Shown here in pieces: positions 29,483 to 40,964 of a stretch of 64,000 nt of DNA. How positions within the stretch are numbered: position 1 is the first letter of the stretch; the number at the start of each line of letters is the position of its first letter. Position numbers and translations under genes: made by a program. The notes beneath the pieces are model-generated. The model was not told the DNA's origin, did no database searches, and worked only from the letters and a program-made list of their open reading frames with translations. The DNA is taken from assembly GCA_963729605.1 (NCBI GenBank), contig CAVSNY010000005.1:210118-274117 (forward strand), written 5' to 3'. This DNA comes from an uncultured Gammaproteobacteria bacterium. Its GTDB lineage: Bacteria; Pseudomonadota; Gammaproteobacteria; DRLM01.

Positions 29483-29926
29483 ATGCAATTCAACCTGGAC
29501 CTGAACCACCATTCTTATACGATCCGCGCCTATGGACCGGGCAGCGTCACGGTCACCATCCCGCCGGACAGCGACGACCCCGCTCCCGCGGCGGTGGACG
29601 CCATCGGTCCGGCCGCCCAGCGCATTCGCCAGGAGGTCGTCACCCAAAGTCTGATCATCACCCCGCAGCGGCTCATCCGCGACTGGCCGCCGCAACGCTT
29701 GCAAGAGCTGGCGGAAGACCATACCCGGGCTTTGACGGAATTGGGGGTGGAGGTCGTGCTGCTGGGTTGCGGCGCCCGGCTGCAGTGGCCGGACTCGCGG
29801 GTGCTGGCCCCGCTGATGCAGGCGCGGATCGGCTACGAGCTGATGGATACCGCCGCCGCGTGCCGAACCTACAACATTTTGATGTCGGACGGCCGCCGGG
29901 TGGCGGCGGCCTTGATGATGATTTAA
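29483..29926 (+). CDS. Mth938-like (DUF498) domain protein
   Basis: EVVLLGCG, IGYELMDTAAACRTYNILMSDGRRVAAAL. Confidence 0.9.
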   Translation: MQFNLDLNHHSYTIRAYGPGSVTVTIPPDSDDPAPAAVDAIGPAAQRIRQEVVTQSLIITPQRLIRDWPPQRLQELAEDHTRALTELGVEVVLLGCGARLQWPDSRVLAPLMQARIGYELMDTAAACRTYNILMSDGRRVAAALMMI

Positions 29927-29942
29927 CCGCCGGTCGGAATGA

Positions 29943-29976
29943 GTAGACACAAGGCGGGGCACCGCCTTGTGTCCAC
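29943..29976. repeat. GTAG-initiated palindrome / bidirectional terminator-like hairpin
   Basis: GTAGACACAAGGCGG-GGCA-CCGCCTTGTGTCCAC between convergent genes. Confidence 0.65.
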
Positions 29977-29988
29977 CGGCAAGTCAGC

Positions 29989-30957
29989 TCAACCGAAGAA
30001 GGTGTCCGACGAGGCGCCGGAACGCTCCATCATTTCCCGCAAACGGCGCAAGGCCTCGACCTGAATCTGCCGTACCCGCTCCCGGGTGACGCCGATGCGA
30101 TTGCCCACCTCTTCCAAGGTGGCGGCCTCCTGGCCATGCAAACCGAAACGCCACTCCACCACCTCGCGTTGTTTATCGTTGAGGGCGTTGAGCCAGGTCT
30201 CGATACACTCGTTGGCTTCCGCGTCCTCCAAGGCCTCGCTGGGATCGGTCCAGGATTCATCGGGCAGGGTATCCAACAAGGTGCGATCCTGCGCACCGGC
30301 GGCGTCGATGGACACCTCCCGCTCATTCAGGCTGAGCATGTGTTCCACTTCGCTGGTGGTCCGGTTCATCACCAAAGCCACGTCTTCCGCGCTGGGGTCG
30401 TGATCCAAGCCTTGCGCCAAACGCCGCGAGGCGCGCAAATAGGCGTTGATCTGTTTGATGATGTGGATGGGCAGGCGAACGGTGCGGGTTTGATTCATCA
30501 AGGCCCGCTCGATGGTTTGGCGTATCCACCAGGTGGCATAGGTCGAGAAGCGGAAACCCCGTTCGGGATCGAACTTCTCCACCGCGCGGATCAAACCGAG
30601 ATTGCCTTCTTCAATGAGATCCAGGAGAGCCAAACCACGGTTGACATAGTGGCGGGCAATTTTGACCACCAGCCGGAGATTACTTTCGATCATGCGCTGC
30701 CGAGCGCTGATATCGCCACGTTGGGCCAGGCGTGAAAAGTAAACTTCTTCTTCGGCACTTAAGAGGGGAGCAAAACCGATTTCACTAAGGTAGATGCGCG
30801 TGGGATCCAGCACGGTACGATCAGGCTTGACGACCTCGGGCACATCCTCCGGTGGGGATGCGGCCGTCTCCAGCCCTTCCGTCTCTCCCCACCACTCCTC
30901 GTAAAGATGGGGTCCACGTCGCCCTTCCATTGGCATCGGCTCTTCGTACTCGTCCAC
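29989..30957 (-). CDS. rpoS: RNA polymerase sigma factor RpoS
   Basis: [53 protein letters not shown]; downstream of nlpD. Confidence 0.94.
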   Translation of the reverse strand: MDEYEEPMPMEGRRGPHLYEEWWGETEGLETAASPPEDVPEVVKPDRTVLDPTRIYLSEIGFAPLLSAEEEVYFSRLAQRGDISARQRMIESNLRLVVKIARHYVNRGLALLDLIEEGNLGLIRAVEKFDPERGFRFSTYATWWIRQTIERALMNQTRTVRLPIHIIKQINAYLRASRRLAQGLDHDPSAEDVALVMNRTTSEVEHMLSLNEREVSIDAAGAQDRTLLDTLPDESWTDPSEALEDAEANECIETWLNALNDKQREVVEWRFGLHGQEAATLEEVGNRIGVTRERVRQIQVEALRRLREMMERSGASSDTFFG

Positions 30958-31092
30958 CGGGGACCTCCTTCCAGAGCTTTGGCGCGGAATACAAGACTGC
31001 CCCTCTTAAAAGAAACTTGCAAGGGGTAAATTGAAAAAATTTCGTGTCTTTAAATTAACATCTTAAATTTTGATATTTTTGATAGACATCAT

Positions 31093-31851
31093 TTAACGCA
31101 AGGCCGGCAAGTAACGCAGGGGATCAACCGGCCTTCCATCCTGGCGGATTTGGAAGTGCAGCACGGTATCACCGTCAGTCTTCTGACCCATGTCGGCGAT
31201 GTGTTGTCCAGCCGTCACCTCGGCACCTTCCCGCACGCGCAACTGACGATTGTGGGCATAGGCGCTTAAAAAAACATCATTATGTTTAATAATAATTAAA
31301 TTGCCGTAATGCAGCATTCCGCCGCCGGCGTACACCACCCGGCCGGGTGCCGCGGCGCGCACCGCCTGGCCGGCCCTGCCGGCGATATCGATGCCCTTGG
31401 TGCTACCGGAAAAACCCTGAGCTAGTCTGCCTTCGGTAGGCCATCGCCATTGAATCGGCAGATTGGGATTGGGCAGGGATTTAGAGGGGACGGGCGGCGG
31501 CAACGGCGCTGGCGGCGGCCGCGTCGCCAACGGCGGCGGCGGAGGCGGCACCGCGCGTACCGGCTCACGCGACGCCACCGCCGCCGTTCCCACCGGCGGC
31601 GCCACTATCAATACTTGGCCTTCGTAAATCGTGTAAGGCGGTTTGAGTTGATTCCATTCGGCGACTTGGCGGTAATCCCAGCCGTAACTAAAACTGATGG
31701 AGTACAAGGTCTCGCCGACTTGCACGCGGTGAGAACCCAGACTGCCGCAACCGTTCAACGCAAGCACCAACCACACCAAGAACACGCCGCGCGTGCCATA
31801 ACTCGCCCACCGCGGCTCATCGCGAGCAAGGCTGCTCGCCGCGGTGTTCAC
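31093..31851 (-). CDS. nlpD: LysM + M23 peptidase lipoprotein
   Basis: Lipobox LNGC, LysM (GETLYSI), Pro-rich linker, M23 domain (KGIDIAG, SAYAHN, LHFQIR). Confidence 0.9.
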   Translation of the reverse strand: MNTAASSLARDEPRWASYGTRGVFLVWLVLALNGCGSLGSHRVQVGETLYSISFSYGWDYRQVAEWNQLKPPYTIYEGQVLIVAPPVGTAAVASREPVRAVPPPPPPLATRPPPAPLPPPVPSKSLPNPNLPIQWRWPTEGRLAQGFSGSTKGIDIAGRAGQAVRAAAPGRVVYAGGGMLHYGNLIIIKHNDVFLSAYAHNRQLRVREGAEVTAGQHIADMGQKTDGDTVLHFQIRQDGRPVDPLRYLPALR

Positions 31852-31978
31852 AACGGAATGGCTCCCGGATATCTATAAAGCGGCAACAAACCCAACATCG
31901 TCGTTAATTCCGCGGGGCGAGAGGACGCGCCAACTCATACCGGACCCGATGAGGTAACGCGGATAGCCGGTGCATCGT

Positions 31979-32641
31979 TTATTGCATCCCCGCCCGCATC
32001 GGCACGAAGCTGACTTTATCCAACAACTCGTCACTGTAACCGGACTCGGTGCGGGTGATGAGCAACAAACTTTGCGCGCCGCTGCCGCCCACCGGAATCA
32101 CCAGCCGGCCGCCGACGGCCAATTGCTCCAGCAGCGCGATCGGCACGCCCTCCGGCGCGGCGGTGGCGACGATGGCGTCATACGGCGCGTGGTCGGGCCA
32201 GCCCAAGGTGCCATCACTGTATTTGATGCGGATATTGCGCAGGCGCAAATCTTGAAAGCGCCGCCGCGCCGTGGTGATGAGCGCTTCGATGCGCTCCACC
32301 GTAAACACTTCTTTCACCAACTGCGCCAGCACCGCCGCCTGATAACCCGAGCCGGTGCCGATCTCGAGCACCCGTTGCGGCACACCGTCGCGCAACAGCG
32401 CCTGGGTCATCAAGGCCACCACGAAGGGTTGCGAAATAGTCTGGCCATGACCGATGGGCAGCGCGGTGTCGTCGTAGGCGCGGCTGGCCAGCGCTTCGTC
32501 AACGAAGATATGGCGAGGCGTGTTGCGGATCACTTCCAACACCGACTTATTGGTGATGCCCCCTTCTTGTAAACGTCCTATCAAGCGGTCGCGGGTGCGT
32601 TGCGAAGTCATCCCGATACCGCGATGCTGTTTATTATTCAT
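31979..32641 (-). CDS. pcm: protein-L-isoaspartate O-methyltransferase
   Basis: [27 protein letters not shown]. Confidence 0.96.
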   Translation of the reverse strand: MNNKQHRGIGMTSQRTRDRLIGRLQEGGITNKSVLEVIRNTPRHIFVDEALASRAYDDTALPIGHGQTISQPFVVALMTQALLRDGVPQRVLEIGTGSGYQAAVLAQLVKEVFTVERIEALITTARRRFQDLRLRNIRIKYSDGTLGWPDHAPYDAIVATAAPEGVPIALLEQLAVGGRLVIPVGGSGAQSLLLITRTESGYSDELLDKVSFVPMRAGMQ

Positions 32642-33393
32642 TCATCCCCCATTCCCTTAACCCAACCCGCCACCGAATCCAAGGCGCTGTAGCGGGTCAA
32701 ATCCACTTGCAGCGGCGTGATCGACACCCGCCGCTGACGGATGGCGAAGAAGTCGGTCCCCTCACCGGCGTCTTCCTCCGGCCCGGCCGGGCCCACCCAA
32801 TAAATCGCGCGCCCGCGCGGGTCGCGGGATTTGATCACCGGCTCCGCCTTGCGGCGGTGACCGAGGCGGGTGGCCTCGAAACCGGCGAGTTGCTCCCAGG
32901 GCACATCGGGCACGTTGATGTTCAAAATGGTGTCGGCGGGCAAGGGGTGATGCCGCAAACGCAGCACCAGGCGTTTGGCCACCTCGCCCGCGGTGTGATA
33001 GTGCTGCGGCTCCTCGCCCACCAGCGACACCGCGATGGCGGGCAGGCCGAGGAAACGCCCCTCCATCGCCGCCGCCACCGTGCCCGAATACAGGACATCG
33101 TCGCCGAGATTGGCGCCGGCGTTGATGCCGGACACCACCATGTCGGGCTCCTCGTCCAGCAGGCCGGTGATGGCCAGGTGCACGCAGTCGGTGGGCGTAC
33201 CGTCCACGTAGGTAAAGCCGTTGTCGCCCAAGGCGGCGCGCACCGGGCGATCGAGGGTCAGCGAATTACTCGCGCCGCTGCGGTTGCGGTCCGGCGCCAC
33301 CACGGTGACATCACCCAACTGGGCCAGGGCCGCCGCGAGCACCGCCAAACCCGGCGCGCGGTAACCGTCGTCGTTACTCACCAGAATTTTCAT
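32638..33393 (-). CDS. surE: 5'/3'-nucleotidase SurE
   Basis: [31 protein letters not shown]. Confidence 0.97.
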   Translation of the reverse strand: MKILVSNDDGYRAPGLAVLAAALAQLGDVTVVAPDRNRSGASNSLTLDRPVRAALGDNGFTYVDGTPTDCVHLAITGLLDEEPDMVVSGINAGANLGDDVLYSGTVAAAMEGRFLGLPAIAVSLVGEEPQHYHTAGEVAKRLVLRLRHHPLPADTILNINVPDVPWEQLAGFEATRLGHRRKAEPVIKSRDPRGRAIYWVGPAGPEEDAGEGTDFFAIRQRRVSITPLQVDLTRYSALDSVAGWVKGMGDE

Positions 33394-33984
33394 GCCATAT
33401 ACATCCCGGCCGCAAACGGCCCGTCATCCGCGGAGCAAATCGCCACAATATACTGGAAACCCATTATTTATCACACCGCGGGCATGCGCGATAACCCGCG
33501 GCCGACCGCCGGGCGGCACGCCCTCCAGCCTGCCATTACTTGACCGTTCCCGGCGATTACGCTATGCAGTTGCAAGACGCGCGCTGGCGCCGGTCAAGGG
33601 CGGGAAGCATGGGCCAAGAAATTCATCTTCAACCTTTTGATAGCGTCCGCGTGAAAATACGGTTTCGCATGCCAGACATCCTCGCGCGGACACGCGACAA
33701 AACGCCGGATCTCACCGAAACGGCGCGCGCCGGTCGCCGTGCCCGCCCGGCGAGAACCAACGACGGCCGAATACTTTCAACGGCGCGGCGCACGCCGGCC
33801 GCTATCGGCGACTTATCCGTTTCGGCGAATGCCCGCCGGGTGGTCTTGGCCCGCGCAAACGTGTACAAATACCGAAGTGCCCGCGTGGCGCGGCACGGAA
33901 CACAGCGAGGGATGACCGGACTCGGCCCGTCCTCGATACCAAAACGGAAAATGACCCTTCACTGTAGTTCATAGGGATTAGGAA

Positions 33985-35232
33985 ATGCCTCAAGAAAAAC
34001 CCCTCATCGACAAAGCGGTGCTAAGGACACTCCATCCCTTGTCCACGCTGCTGGAGGACGACCTCGACGATTTGTCGAAAAAAACCCAAATTGAAACCCT
34101 GCCGGCCGGCAGCCTGCTGTATACCCAGGGCGCAACCGATCCGCACACGATATACCTGATCGCCGGCAGCGTGGAACTGCGCGACCGCGACGGACAGACC
34201 AGCCGGATCGACGCCGGCAGCGCCACCGCCCGCCGCCCGTTGAGCGGGCAAAAACCCCGCAACGCCACCGCCACCGCGCTCACCGAGGCCGCCGTCATCC
34301 GCATCGAGGACAAACTGCTGGAGCTGATGATCAACACCAGCAATCTGGCGCAACCGGCCCAACCTCAAGCCATGGATCCCAATGTCATAGAAGAACGCTT
34401 GTTCGGACGGCTCTACCAAGATTACATGGAAGACAACATGCTGGTGCCCAGCATGCCGGACATCGCCTTGCGGGTGCGCAGCGCCATCGACGATCAAACC
34501 AAGGACATCGAAGACATCGCCAGGATCGTGCAGGCCGATCCGGCGCTGACCGCGCGGCTGGTGCAAGTGGCCAACAGTCCCCTCTACCGCGGCCAGGGAC
34601 CCATCAACAGTTGCCGCAACGCGGTCACCCGGCTGGGCCTAAAACAAACCCGCAATCTGGTTTACAGCTTCGCCCTCAAGCAATTGTTCCGTTCCACCTT
34701 GCCGGCGCTGCGGCAACGCATGATCCTCCTGTGGCAGCACACCACGTCGGTGGCCGCCATCTCCGCCGTGCTCGCCAAACTCACACCCGGTTTCGAAGTG
34801 GACCGCGGCCTGTTGGCGGGACTGATCCACGACATCGGCGTCCTGCCCATCATGGCCTACGCGGAACGCTACCCGCAGTTGGTGAGCGACGCGGCGGTCT
34901 TCGACAACATCGTCGCCCGCCTGCGCGGCCAGATCGGCGCCCTGGTGTTGCGGCGTTGGGAATTCGACGACGAGTTGATCAACGTGGCCTTGGAGGCCGA
35001 AAACTGGGACCGCATGGGCAATCCCGATAAAGCCGATTATGCCGACTTGGTGATCATCGCCCAAATGCACAGTTACATCGGCACGTCGCGCATGGCCAAA
35101 TTACCCGCGATCGATCAAGTGCCCGCCTTCAACAAACTGGCCTTAGGCAAACTCAGCCCGCGTATGAGCGTGCAAATCCTCGAAGACGCGCGGGAAGACA
35201 TCGCGGAAGTGGAGAGACTTTTGTTGGGATGA
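33985..35232 (+). CDS. cNMP-binding-like domain + HDOD domain signalling protein
   Basis: N-terminal IYLIAGSVEL...PRNATATA (cNMP-like); C-terminal DPALTARLVQVANSPLY, GLIHDIG (HDOD). Confidence 0.82.
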   Translation: MPQEKPLIDKAVLRTLHPLSTLLEDDLDDLSKKTQIETLPAGSLLYTQGATDPHTIYLIAGSVELRDRDGQTSRIDAGSATARRPLSGQKPRNATATALTEAAVIRIEDKLLELMINTSNLAQPAQPQAMDPNVIEERLFGRLYQDYMEDNMLVPSMPDIALRVRSAIDDQTKDIEDIARIVQADPALTARLVQVANSPLYRGQGPINSCRNAVTRLGLKQTRNLVYSFALKQLFRSTLPALRQRMILLWQHTTSVAAISAVLAKLTPGFEVDRGLLAGLIHDIGVLPIMAYAERYPQLVSDAAVFDNIVARLRGQIGALVLRRWEFDDELINVALEAENWDRMGNPDKADYADLVIIAQMHSYIGTSRMAKLPAIDQVPAFNKLALGKLSPRMSVQILEDAREDIAEVERLLLG

Positions 35233-35331
35233 GCAACCGCGCCGTATTCCATCCGCGCCGCGCCGCCACGCCCCTCGACCGGTAGCGCGGGACGATCGCG
35301 ATCAAGGAAGCGATCAGGACCCTCATCCCGG

Positions 35332-38300
35332 CTATCCTTTTTCCAGCATCCTCTCGAATTCCTCCGCCGGCACCGCCGGCGAATACAGAAAGCCCTGCGC
35401 GTAATCGCAACCGAAGGCGATCAACATGTCGCGTTGCAGTTCCTGTTCCACGCCCTCCGCAATGGTCTTGATGCCGAGTTTGTGCGCCATGACGATGATG
35501 GCCTCGGTCAACACCTTATCGCTTTCGTCATCGGTGATATTGCTGATGAACGACCGGTCGATCTTGAGATAGTCGATGTCGAATTGCTTGAGATAGGAAA
35601 GCGAAGAGAAGCCGGTGCCGAAGTCGTCTATCGAAACTTCGATGCCCTGGTTGCGAAACTCCAGCAAACGCTGCGCGGTCTTGGCCGAGGCCTTGAGCAA
35701 AGATCCTTCGGTGATTTCCACGGTGATGCTGTTTCCGGGCAATCCCAGGCTCGTCAGCATGATCGGCCAAGTCAGTTTTTGGCTAGGGTATTCGAATTGA
35801 ACCGGCGACTTGTTCACGCAGACCGACACGATGCGCCCGAATTGCTTGCGCCAGCGCTCGACACCGGCGATGGCCTGTTGAAATACCCAATCGCCGATCT
35901 CGTAGATCAGGCCGGATTCTTCAGCCAAGGGAATGAAGAGATCGGGCCTGACCAGGCCGCGTTCGGGATGTTTCCAGCGCAACAAGGCCTCGGCCTTGAC
36001 GATCCGGCCGGTCGCCAGTTCGAGAATCGGCTGGTAATAAACGTGCAGTTCGCCGCGCGCCAAGGCCCGCCGCAGGTCATGGATCAAGGCGAGCTTCTCG
36101 CGCGCCTCGCGCTGCATGGATTCGGTAAAGTAACTGAAACGCTGACGCCCTTCGGCCTTGGCCTTGTACATGGCCTGATCGGCGCGTTTCAACAGACCTT
36201 CTTTATCCTGCGCATCCTCGGGGTAGAGGGTGATGCCGATGCTGGCCGAAATGTAGTAACTCACCTCGTCGTTTTCAAAATAGAAAGGCCGGCTCAATTC
36301 CTGGATGATGTGATGGGCGATACGTTCGACCTGCATCCTATCGCCCAATTCAGGCAAGATCGCGGTGAATTCGTCGCCGCCCAGCCGGGAGATGGTATCG
36401 GCCTCGCGCACGCAACCGCCGATGCGGCGCGCCGCTTCCACCAACATCAAATCGCCGGCGGAATGTCCCAAGGTATCGTTGATGACTTTAAAGTGGTCCA
36501 GGTCGATGAACAACAGGGCCAGCGACGAGCCGTTGCGGTGCGCCTTCTTGATCTCCTGTTCCAAGCGATCCTGCAACAAACGGCGGTTGGGCAGGCCGGT
36601 CAACACGTCGTAATTGGCTTGTTTCCAAATCAGTTCGTCCTTCTGTTTCTTTTCGGTGATGTCGGCAAATTGCGCGACGTAGCGATACACGCTGCCGTCC
36701 GGATGGCGGATGATACTGATGTTGGCCCATTTGGCGTACAGCTCGCCGTCTTTGCGGCGGTCCCATATTTCTCCCTGCCAACGCCCTTCGCTCAGAATGG
36801 TCTGCCACATCTCCCGGTAAAATTTTTGGTCGTGCCGTCCGGATTGCAGCAGCTTGGGATCCTGACCCATCACCTCCGCTAGTTCATAGCCGGTGATGCG
36901 GGTAAACGCCGGATTGACGTCGACGATAAGATTGTTTTCATCGGTCACCATGATGGCTTCGGAGCTGGCCTGATAAATCGAGGTCGCCAGCTTCATGTTT
37001 TCCTGGGCGAGCATGCGTTCGGTGATGTCCATCGCCGCGCCGATGGCGTACAGCGGCTGACCGGCGGCGTCGCGCACCATGATCCCGCGATCGTGCACCC
37101 ACAGCACCTTGCCGTCGCGGCGGATCAAGCGGTGTTCGACTTTATAGAGACCGGTCACCAAGGCTTCTTCCCAGGCTAGGCGCATGACCGGCAGATCGTC
37201 GGGGTGGATGTACTGAAACCAATCGTCCAAGACCTGCATGCTGGGCTGCGCCGGCAATCCCAACATCCGGTTCAGCGAGGCGTCGCGGGTATCCATGCCG
37301 CTGCGCAAATCGACCCGCCACGTCCCGGTACGGCTGGCCTCCAAGGCGCTCTGTAAACGTTCGTGACTCTCCCGCAACGCGTCTTCGCCGCGTTTGCGTT
37401 CGGTGATGTCCCAATTGGTCCCCAGCATGCGCCGGACTTCGCCGCGCTCGTCGCAATACACCTCGCCATAGGATTTGATATGGAGGATTTCGCCGTCCGG
37501 CCGCATCACGCGGAATTCCGTATTGAACGGTTTTTTCTCGGTGATGGAGGCCCGTACCTCGGCCTCGAGCCGCGCCCGGTCATCCTTATGCAGACACTGC
37601 CGCCAGGCCTCATAGGCACCGGAAAAATCCTCGCGGCGAATACCGTAGAGCAGGAACATACTGTCATCCCACAACAGTTGACCGCTGGCGATATCCCAAT
37701 CCCACACCCCGATACCGCTGGCCCGCGCGGCCTGTACCAGGCGATCCCGGCTGTCGCGCAAAGCGAGTTCGTCCGGGCCGTGCGCGGCGATATTGTAAAA
37801 AATGAAAAGCCGGTCCCCCGCACCATCACCCAACAGGATCTCGCTCGTCATGGCGGTGCGGATCGTGCCGTCCTTGCAGCGAATAGTGATTTCCGATCCT
37901 TGAGAACGGACATGTCCGTTTATATCGGCCGGCGGCGCGCCCGCGGTCCGCAACCGGTATTTCGAATTGGGATGCACCTGGGCCAGCCAGTCGTCCAAGG
38001 TGGGTATATCTTGCGCGTCATAACCGAAGTTGGCGATGAACGCGGCATTTAAATGCGCGATACGCCGCTGTGCGTCGTAGAGGGCGTAAGGCACGGGGGA
38101 TTGATCGATGATGGCGCGCAAGTCGGCTTCGCTTCGTTGTAATTCCGACTCGGCGCGCTTGCCTGCGCTGATGTCCCGCGCGGTCCCCACTACATGGCCG
38201 GGCTTGCCCTCGGCAGCGCGCTGAAACGACACTCGGCCGGCGATAGTGCGCGGTTCACCGTCAGGATGGACGATGCGGTATTCGAGGGCGGGCGGCTCGC

Positions 38301-38556
38301 CGCCTTGCAAGGCGGCGTCGAGCCAAGCCTCCAAGGCCGGGCGGTCGTCGGGGTGGGTCAGATCAAGAAAATTTTTTACGCTAGGCTCGAAGCGATCGGG
38401 AGAGAGTCCATGAATCCGATACATTTCGTCGGTCCAGACGACCGCGCCGCTGCCACAGTCGATCCGCCAGCCGCCGCTATCGCCGAGCTGCCGCAGCATC
38501 AGCAGCAGCTCCTTTTCGTGCAGCCCTGCTTCTCGGATTTTTGTATGGACAATCAT
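35332..38556 (-). CDS. multi-PAS GGDEF-EAL diguanylate cyclase/phosphodiesterase
   Basis: About five PAS/PAC repeats, SRLGGDEF, AEALLRW, IDDFGTGFSSL; start uncertain (38556 or 38616). Confidence 0.93.
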   Translation of the reverse strand: MIVHTKIREAGLHEKELLLMLRQLGDSGGWRIDCGSGAVVWTDEMYRIHGLSPDRFEPSVKNFLDLTHPDDRPALEAWLDAALQGGEPPALEYRIVHPDGEPRTIAGRVSFQRAAEGKPGHVVGTARDISAGKRAESELQRSEADLRAIIDQSPVPYALYDAQRRIAHLNAAFIANFGYDAQDIPTLDDWLAQVHPNSKYRLRTAGAPPADINGHVRSQGSEITIRCKDGTIRTAMTSEILLGDGAGDRLFIFYNIAAHGPDELALRDSRDRLVQAARASGIGVWDWDIASGQLLWDDSMFLLYGIRREDFSGAYEAWRQCLHKDDRARLEAEVRASITEKKPFNTEFRVMRPDGEILHIKSYGEVYCDERGEVRRMLGTNWDITERKRGEDALRESHERLQSALEASRTGTWRVDLRSGMDTRDASLNRMLGLPAQPSMQVLDDWFQYIHPDDLPVMRLAWEEALVTGLYKVEHRLIRRDGKVLWVHDRGIMVRDAAGQPLYAIGAAMDITERMLAQENMKLATSIYQASSEAIMVTDENNLIVDVNPAFTRITGYELAEVMGQDPKLLQSGRHDQKFYREMWQTILSEGRWQGEIWDRRKDGELYAKWANISIIRHPDGSVYRYVAQFADITEKKQKDELIWKQANYDVLTGLPNRRLLQDRLEQEIKKAHRNGSSLALLFIDLDHFKVINDTLGHSAGDLMLVEAARRIGGCVREADTISRLGGDEFTAILPELGDRMQVERIAHHIIQELSRPFYFENDEVSYYISASIGITLYPEDAQDKEGLLKRADQAMYKAKAEGRQRFSYFTESMQREAREKLALIHDLRRALARGELHVYYQPILELATGRIVKAEALLRWKHPERGLVRPDLFIPLAEESGLIYEIGDWVFQQAIAGVERWRKQFGRIVSVCVNKSPVQFEYPSQKLTWPIMLTSLGLPGNSITVEITEGSLLKASAKTAQRLLEFRNQGIEVSIDDFGTGFSSLSYLKQFDIDYLKIDRSFISNITDDESDKVLTEAIIVMAHKLGIKTIAEGVEQELQRDMLIAFGCDYAQGFLYSPAVPAEEFERMLEKG

Positions 38557-39198
38557 GCCCCGCCTCTCTCGAACCACGGCGTTATCAGGGCACCGGGCAT
38601 CATCGATCCACGCCACACCCGGGACCCATACTGGGCATCCTTATCCCGCGAAGAGGGTCAGCCTCCAAGCTGACTCGATCCGCGTTTCACGGCCGCTCCG
38701 GAGCGGGCAGCGCCATGACAGCGATATATGTTTTCAATTTAATCGCCGATTCCCTGATAACGCATCTGCCGGACCGGTCGGTTCCTTCGTCCCGGCACTA
38801 ATAGAAAGCATTCTCAGAGTATAGGGCATAAAACCCGATCTTTGACTGGCTGTCAATCACGGCTGTGGGATGCGGGATGACCCTTCCGAACCCGGCATGA
38901 TGCGTATTATTCTCACGCGCGGCCTGAAACGTCCGCGCATCGATCCTGGCTCTCATCTCGATGCAAGCACCGCGTCGCGGCCCGCCGCGGACCGCTCATG
39001 CCGCAGGTCATGACGACCCTGGGTCACGGCCCCGCATCGCCCACCGAAGCCCCGCGGACAACGCGGTGCCGTCCCAATCAAAAACCGTTCCAGGGTGGCA
39101 AAGGATCACTACCCGGCGCGCTGACGGTATCAGCGGTAGATTTCATGAGGGAGGTGTTTTATTCTTCGGCTATCCCTCATTACCCATAAGGCGGACTC

Positions 39199-39495
39199 AT
39201 GCTCAACATCAACACCTTTCGGGTCATCAGCATGGTGGAAGGACTTTCCTTCCTCATATTATTGTTCATCGCCATGCCGGCCAAATACCACTTCGGTTAT
39301 CCGCAGGCGGTATCGGTGGCCGGGCTCGGTCACGGCCTGTTATTCATGTTGTTTTTCTTCATGGCGGTGATGGTGGGGCAGCGCCATGCCTGGAGCGACC
39401 GTTATACCTTGATGGTCATCATCGCCGGCGTGTTGCCCTTCGGCTGCCTGTTCCTCGAAAAAAGCCTCAAACGGCAGGCCGAGGCCGTCGCCTGA
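39199..39495 (+). CDS. DUF3817 membrane protein
   Basis: FRVISMVEGLSFLILLFIAMPAKY, HGLLF, LPFG. Confidence 0.8.
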   Translation: MLNINTFRVISMVEGLSFLILLFIAMPAKYHFGYPQAVSVAGLGHGLLFMLFFFMAVMVGQRHAWSDRYTLMVIIAGVLPFGCLFLEKSLKRQAEAVA

Positions 39496-39810
39496 GGTCA
39501 ACTCGCCTCACTAAAAAATGATCGCGCAACACGGCCCCTACAGCAGGAAACCGGGGCGGGGGGCAGGGTCGGCAATCCGCCGCGTTCGACCCCCGACCTA
39601 TCTGCCCTTGCAGGGGGTGATTTGTTTTAATTTTAAAATTCCCCGCGGCTTGCAGAAGGGACAAGGCGATGGGGGATTCTTAGGAAAGGAAGGCGTGGCG
39701 AGGGCGCGCGATTCTTCCCCTTGGGCAGGCGCGGGGATGCATTCCCGTGGGCAGTCAGCCCCGTTTAATCGGCGTATTTATCACTTCAATTCCCGGTTTA
39801 ACCAACAAGG

Positions 39811-40674
39811 ATGACCACCATGCACAGTAAATTCGTTGATTGGAAGCGAGGCGTGGCTTGTCTCGCCTTGTCTTTGGCGGTATCTCCGCTGTTAGCTGAT
39901 AACGACGCGGACGCGGCAAAAAATAAACTGGCGCAAATCATCGACGGCGAACACCGCTCCGCCGCCAACCAGGCCCGCGATGTCTACCGCCATCCGCTGG
40001 ACACCCTGCTCTTCTTCGGCCTGCGCGACGACATGCACGTGGTGGAGATCGCGCCGGGCGGCGGCTGGTATACCGAGATCATCGCGCCCTACGTCAACGA
40101 GCGGGGACAATATTACGGCGCCGGCGCGGACGCGGAATCGCCGCAGGAATCGGTGCGCGCGGGCGCGGCGCGTTTCAAGGCCAAGCTCGCGGAACACCCG
40201 GAACTGTACGGCAACGCCATCGTCACCGAACTCGCGCCGCCGCACAAAACCGCCATCGCGCCGGCCGGTTCGGCCGACATGGTGTTGACCTTCCGCAACG
40301 TGCATAACTGGCTGGCGGCGGGCACCGCCGATCAGGTGTTCGCCGCCATGTACCAGGCGCTCAAACCGGGCGGCATCCTCGGCGTGGTCGAGCATCGCGG
40401 CAAGCCCGAGGTCGAGCAGGACCCCAAGGCGAAATCCGGGTATGTGAACGAGGCCTATGTCATCGACTTGGCGAAAAAGGCCGGTTTCGAACTGGTGGAA
40501 AAATCGGAGATCAACGCCAATCCCAAGGACAGCAAGGACTATGAAGGCGGGGTCTGGACCCTGCCGCCCACCCTGCGTCTGAAAGAGCAAGACCGCGAGC
40601 GTTATCTCGCCATCGGCGAAAGCGATCGCATGACCTTGAAGTTCGTCAAACCGATAATCCACGCCGGCGATTGA
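39811..40674 (+). CDS. exported class I SAM-dependent methyltransferase-like protein
   Basis: Signal peptide, RDVYRHP, EIAPGGGWYT, LTFRNVHNW, GVWTLPP, GESDRMTLKF. Confidence 0.85.
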   Translation: MTTMHSKFVDWKRGVACLALSLAVSPLLADNDADAAKNKLAQIIDGEHRSAANQARDVYRHPLDTLLFFGLRDDMHVVEIAPGGGWYTEIIAPYVNERGQYYGAGADAESPQESVRAGAARFKAKLAEHPELYGNAIVTELAPPHKTAIAPAGSADMVLTFRNVHNWLAAGTADQVFAAMYQALKPGGILGVVEHRGKPEVEQDPKAKSGYVNEAYVIDLAKKAGFELVEKSEINANPKDSKDYEGGVWTLPPTLRLKEQDRERYLAIGESDRMTLKFVKPIIHAGD

Positions 40675-40702
40675 ATCACCCGCGTCGGGCGGCGATTAAG
40701 TG

Positions 40703-40840
40703 AATTATTCAGAGGTTCCCGCGACACATGGATGTGCCGCGATTTTCGATGGTGTTAACCATTGAAAATGAAGGGAGCGAAAATCACCTTTTCGCTTCCC
40801 GTGCGCTGAAAATTTCAGGATGAAATTATTCAGAGCTTCC
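40703..40840. mobile_element. MITE / IS-end remnant
   Basis: Two direct copies of AATTATTCAGAG(G/C)TTCC (40703-40719, 40824-40840) resembling IS termini, with internal hairpins. Confidence 0.45.
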
Positions 40841-40964
40841 TGAAGTGACCCCGCCCCAGCCGGGGCTTATAACATGAACGCCTCAAAGGCACTTCAAAAC
40901 ACCGGCCGCTGCATTGGCCGTCTCAGCGAGTAACTCCCTCCCTCTGCGAGGAAGGGGACCTCGA

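Noticed and set aside
39070-39140. Possible c-di-GMP riboswitch upstream of the DUF3817 gene
   Set aside because: Only a vague P3-like hairpin; the conserved GGCAAA/GNRA/GACGCAAAG arrangement is not present.
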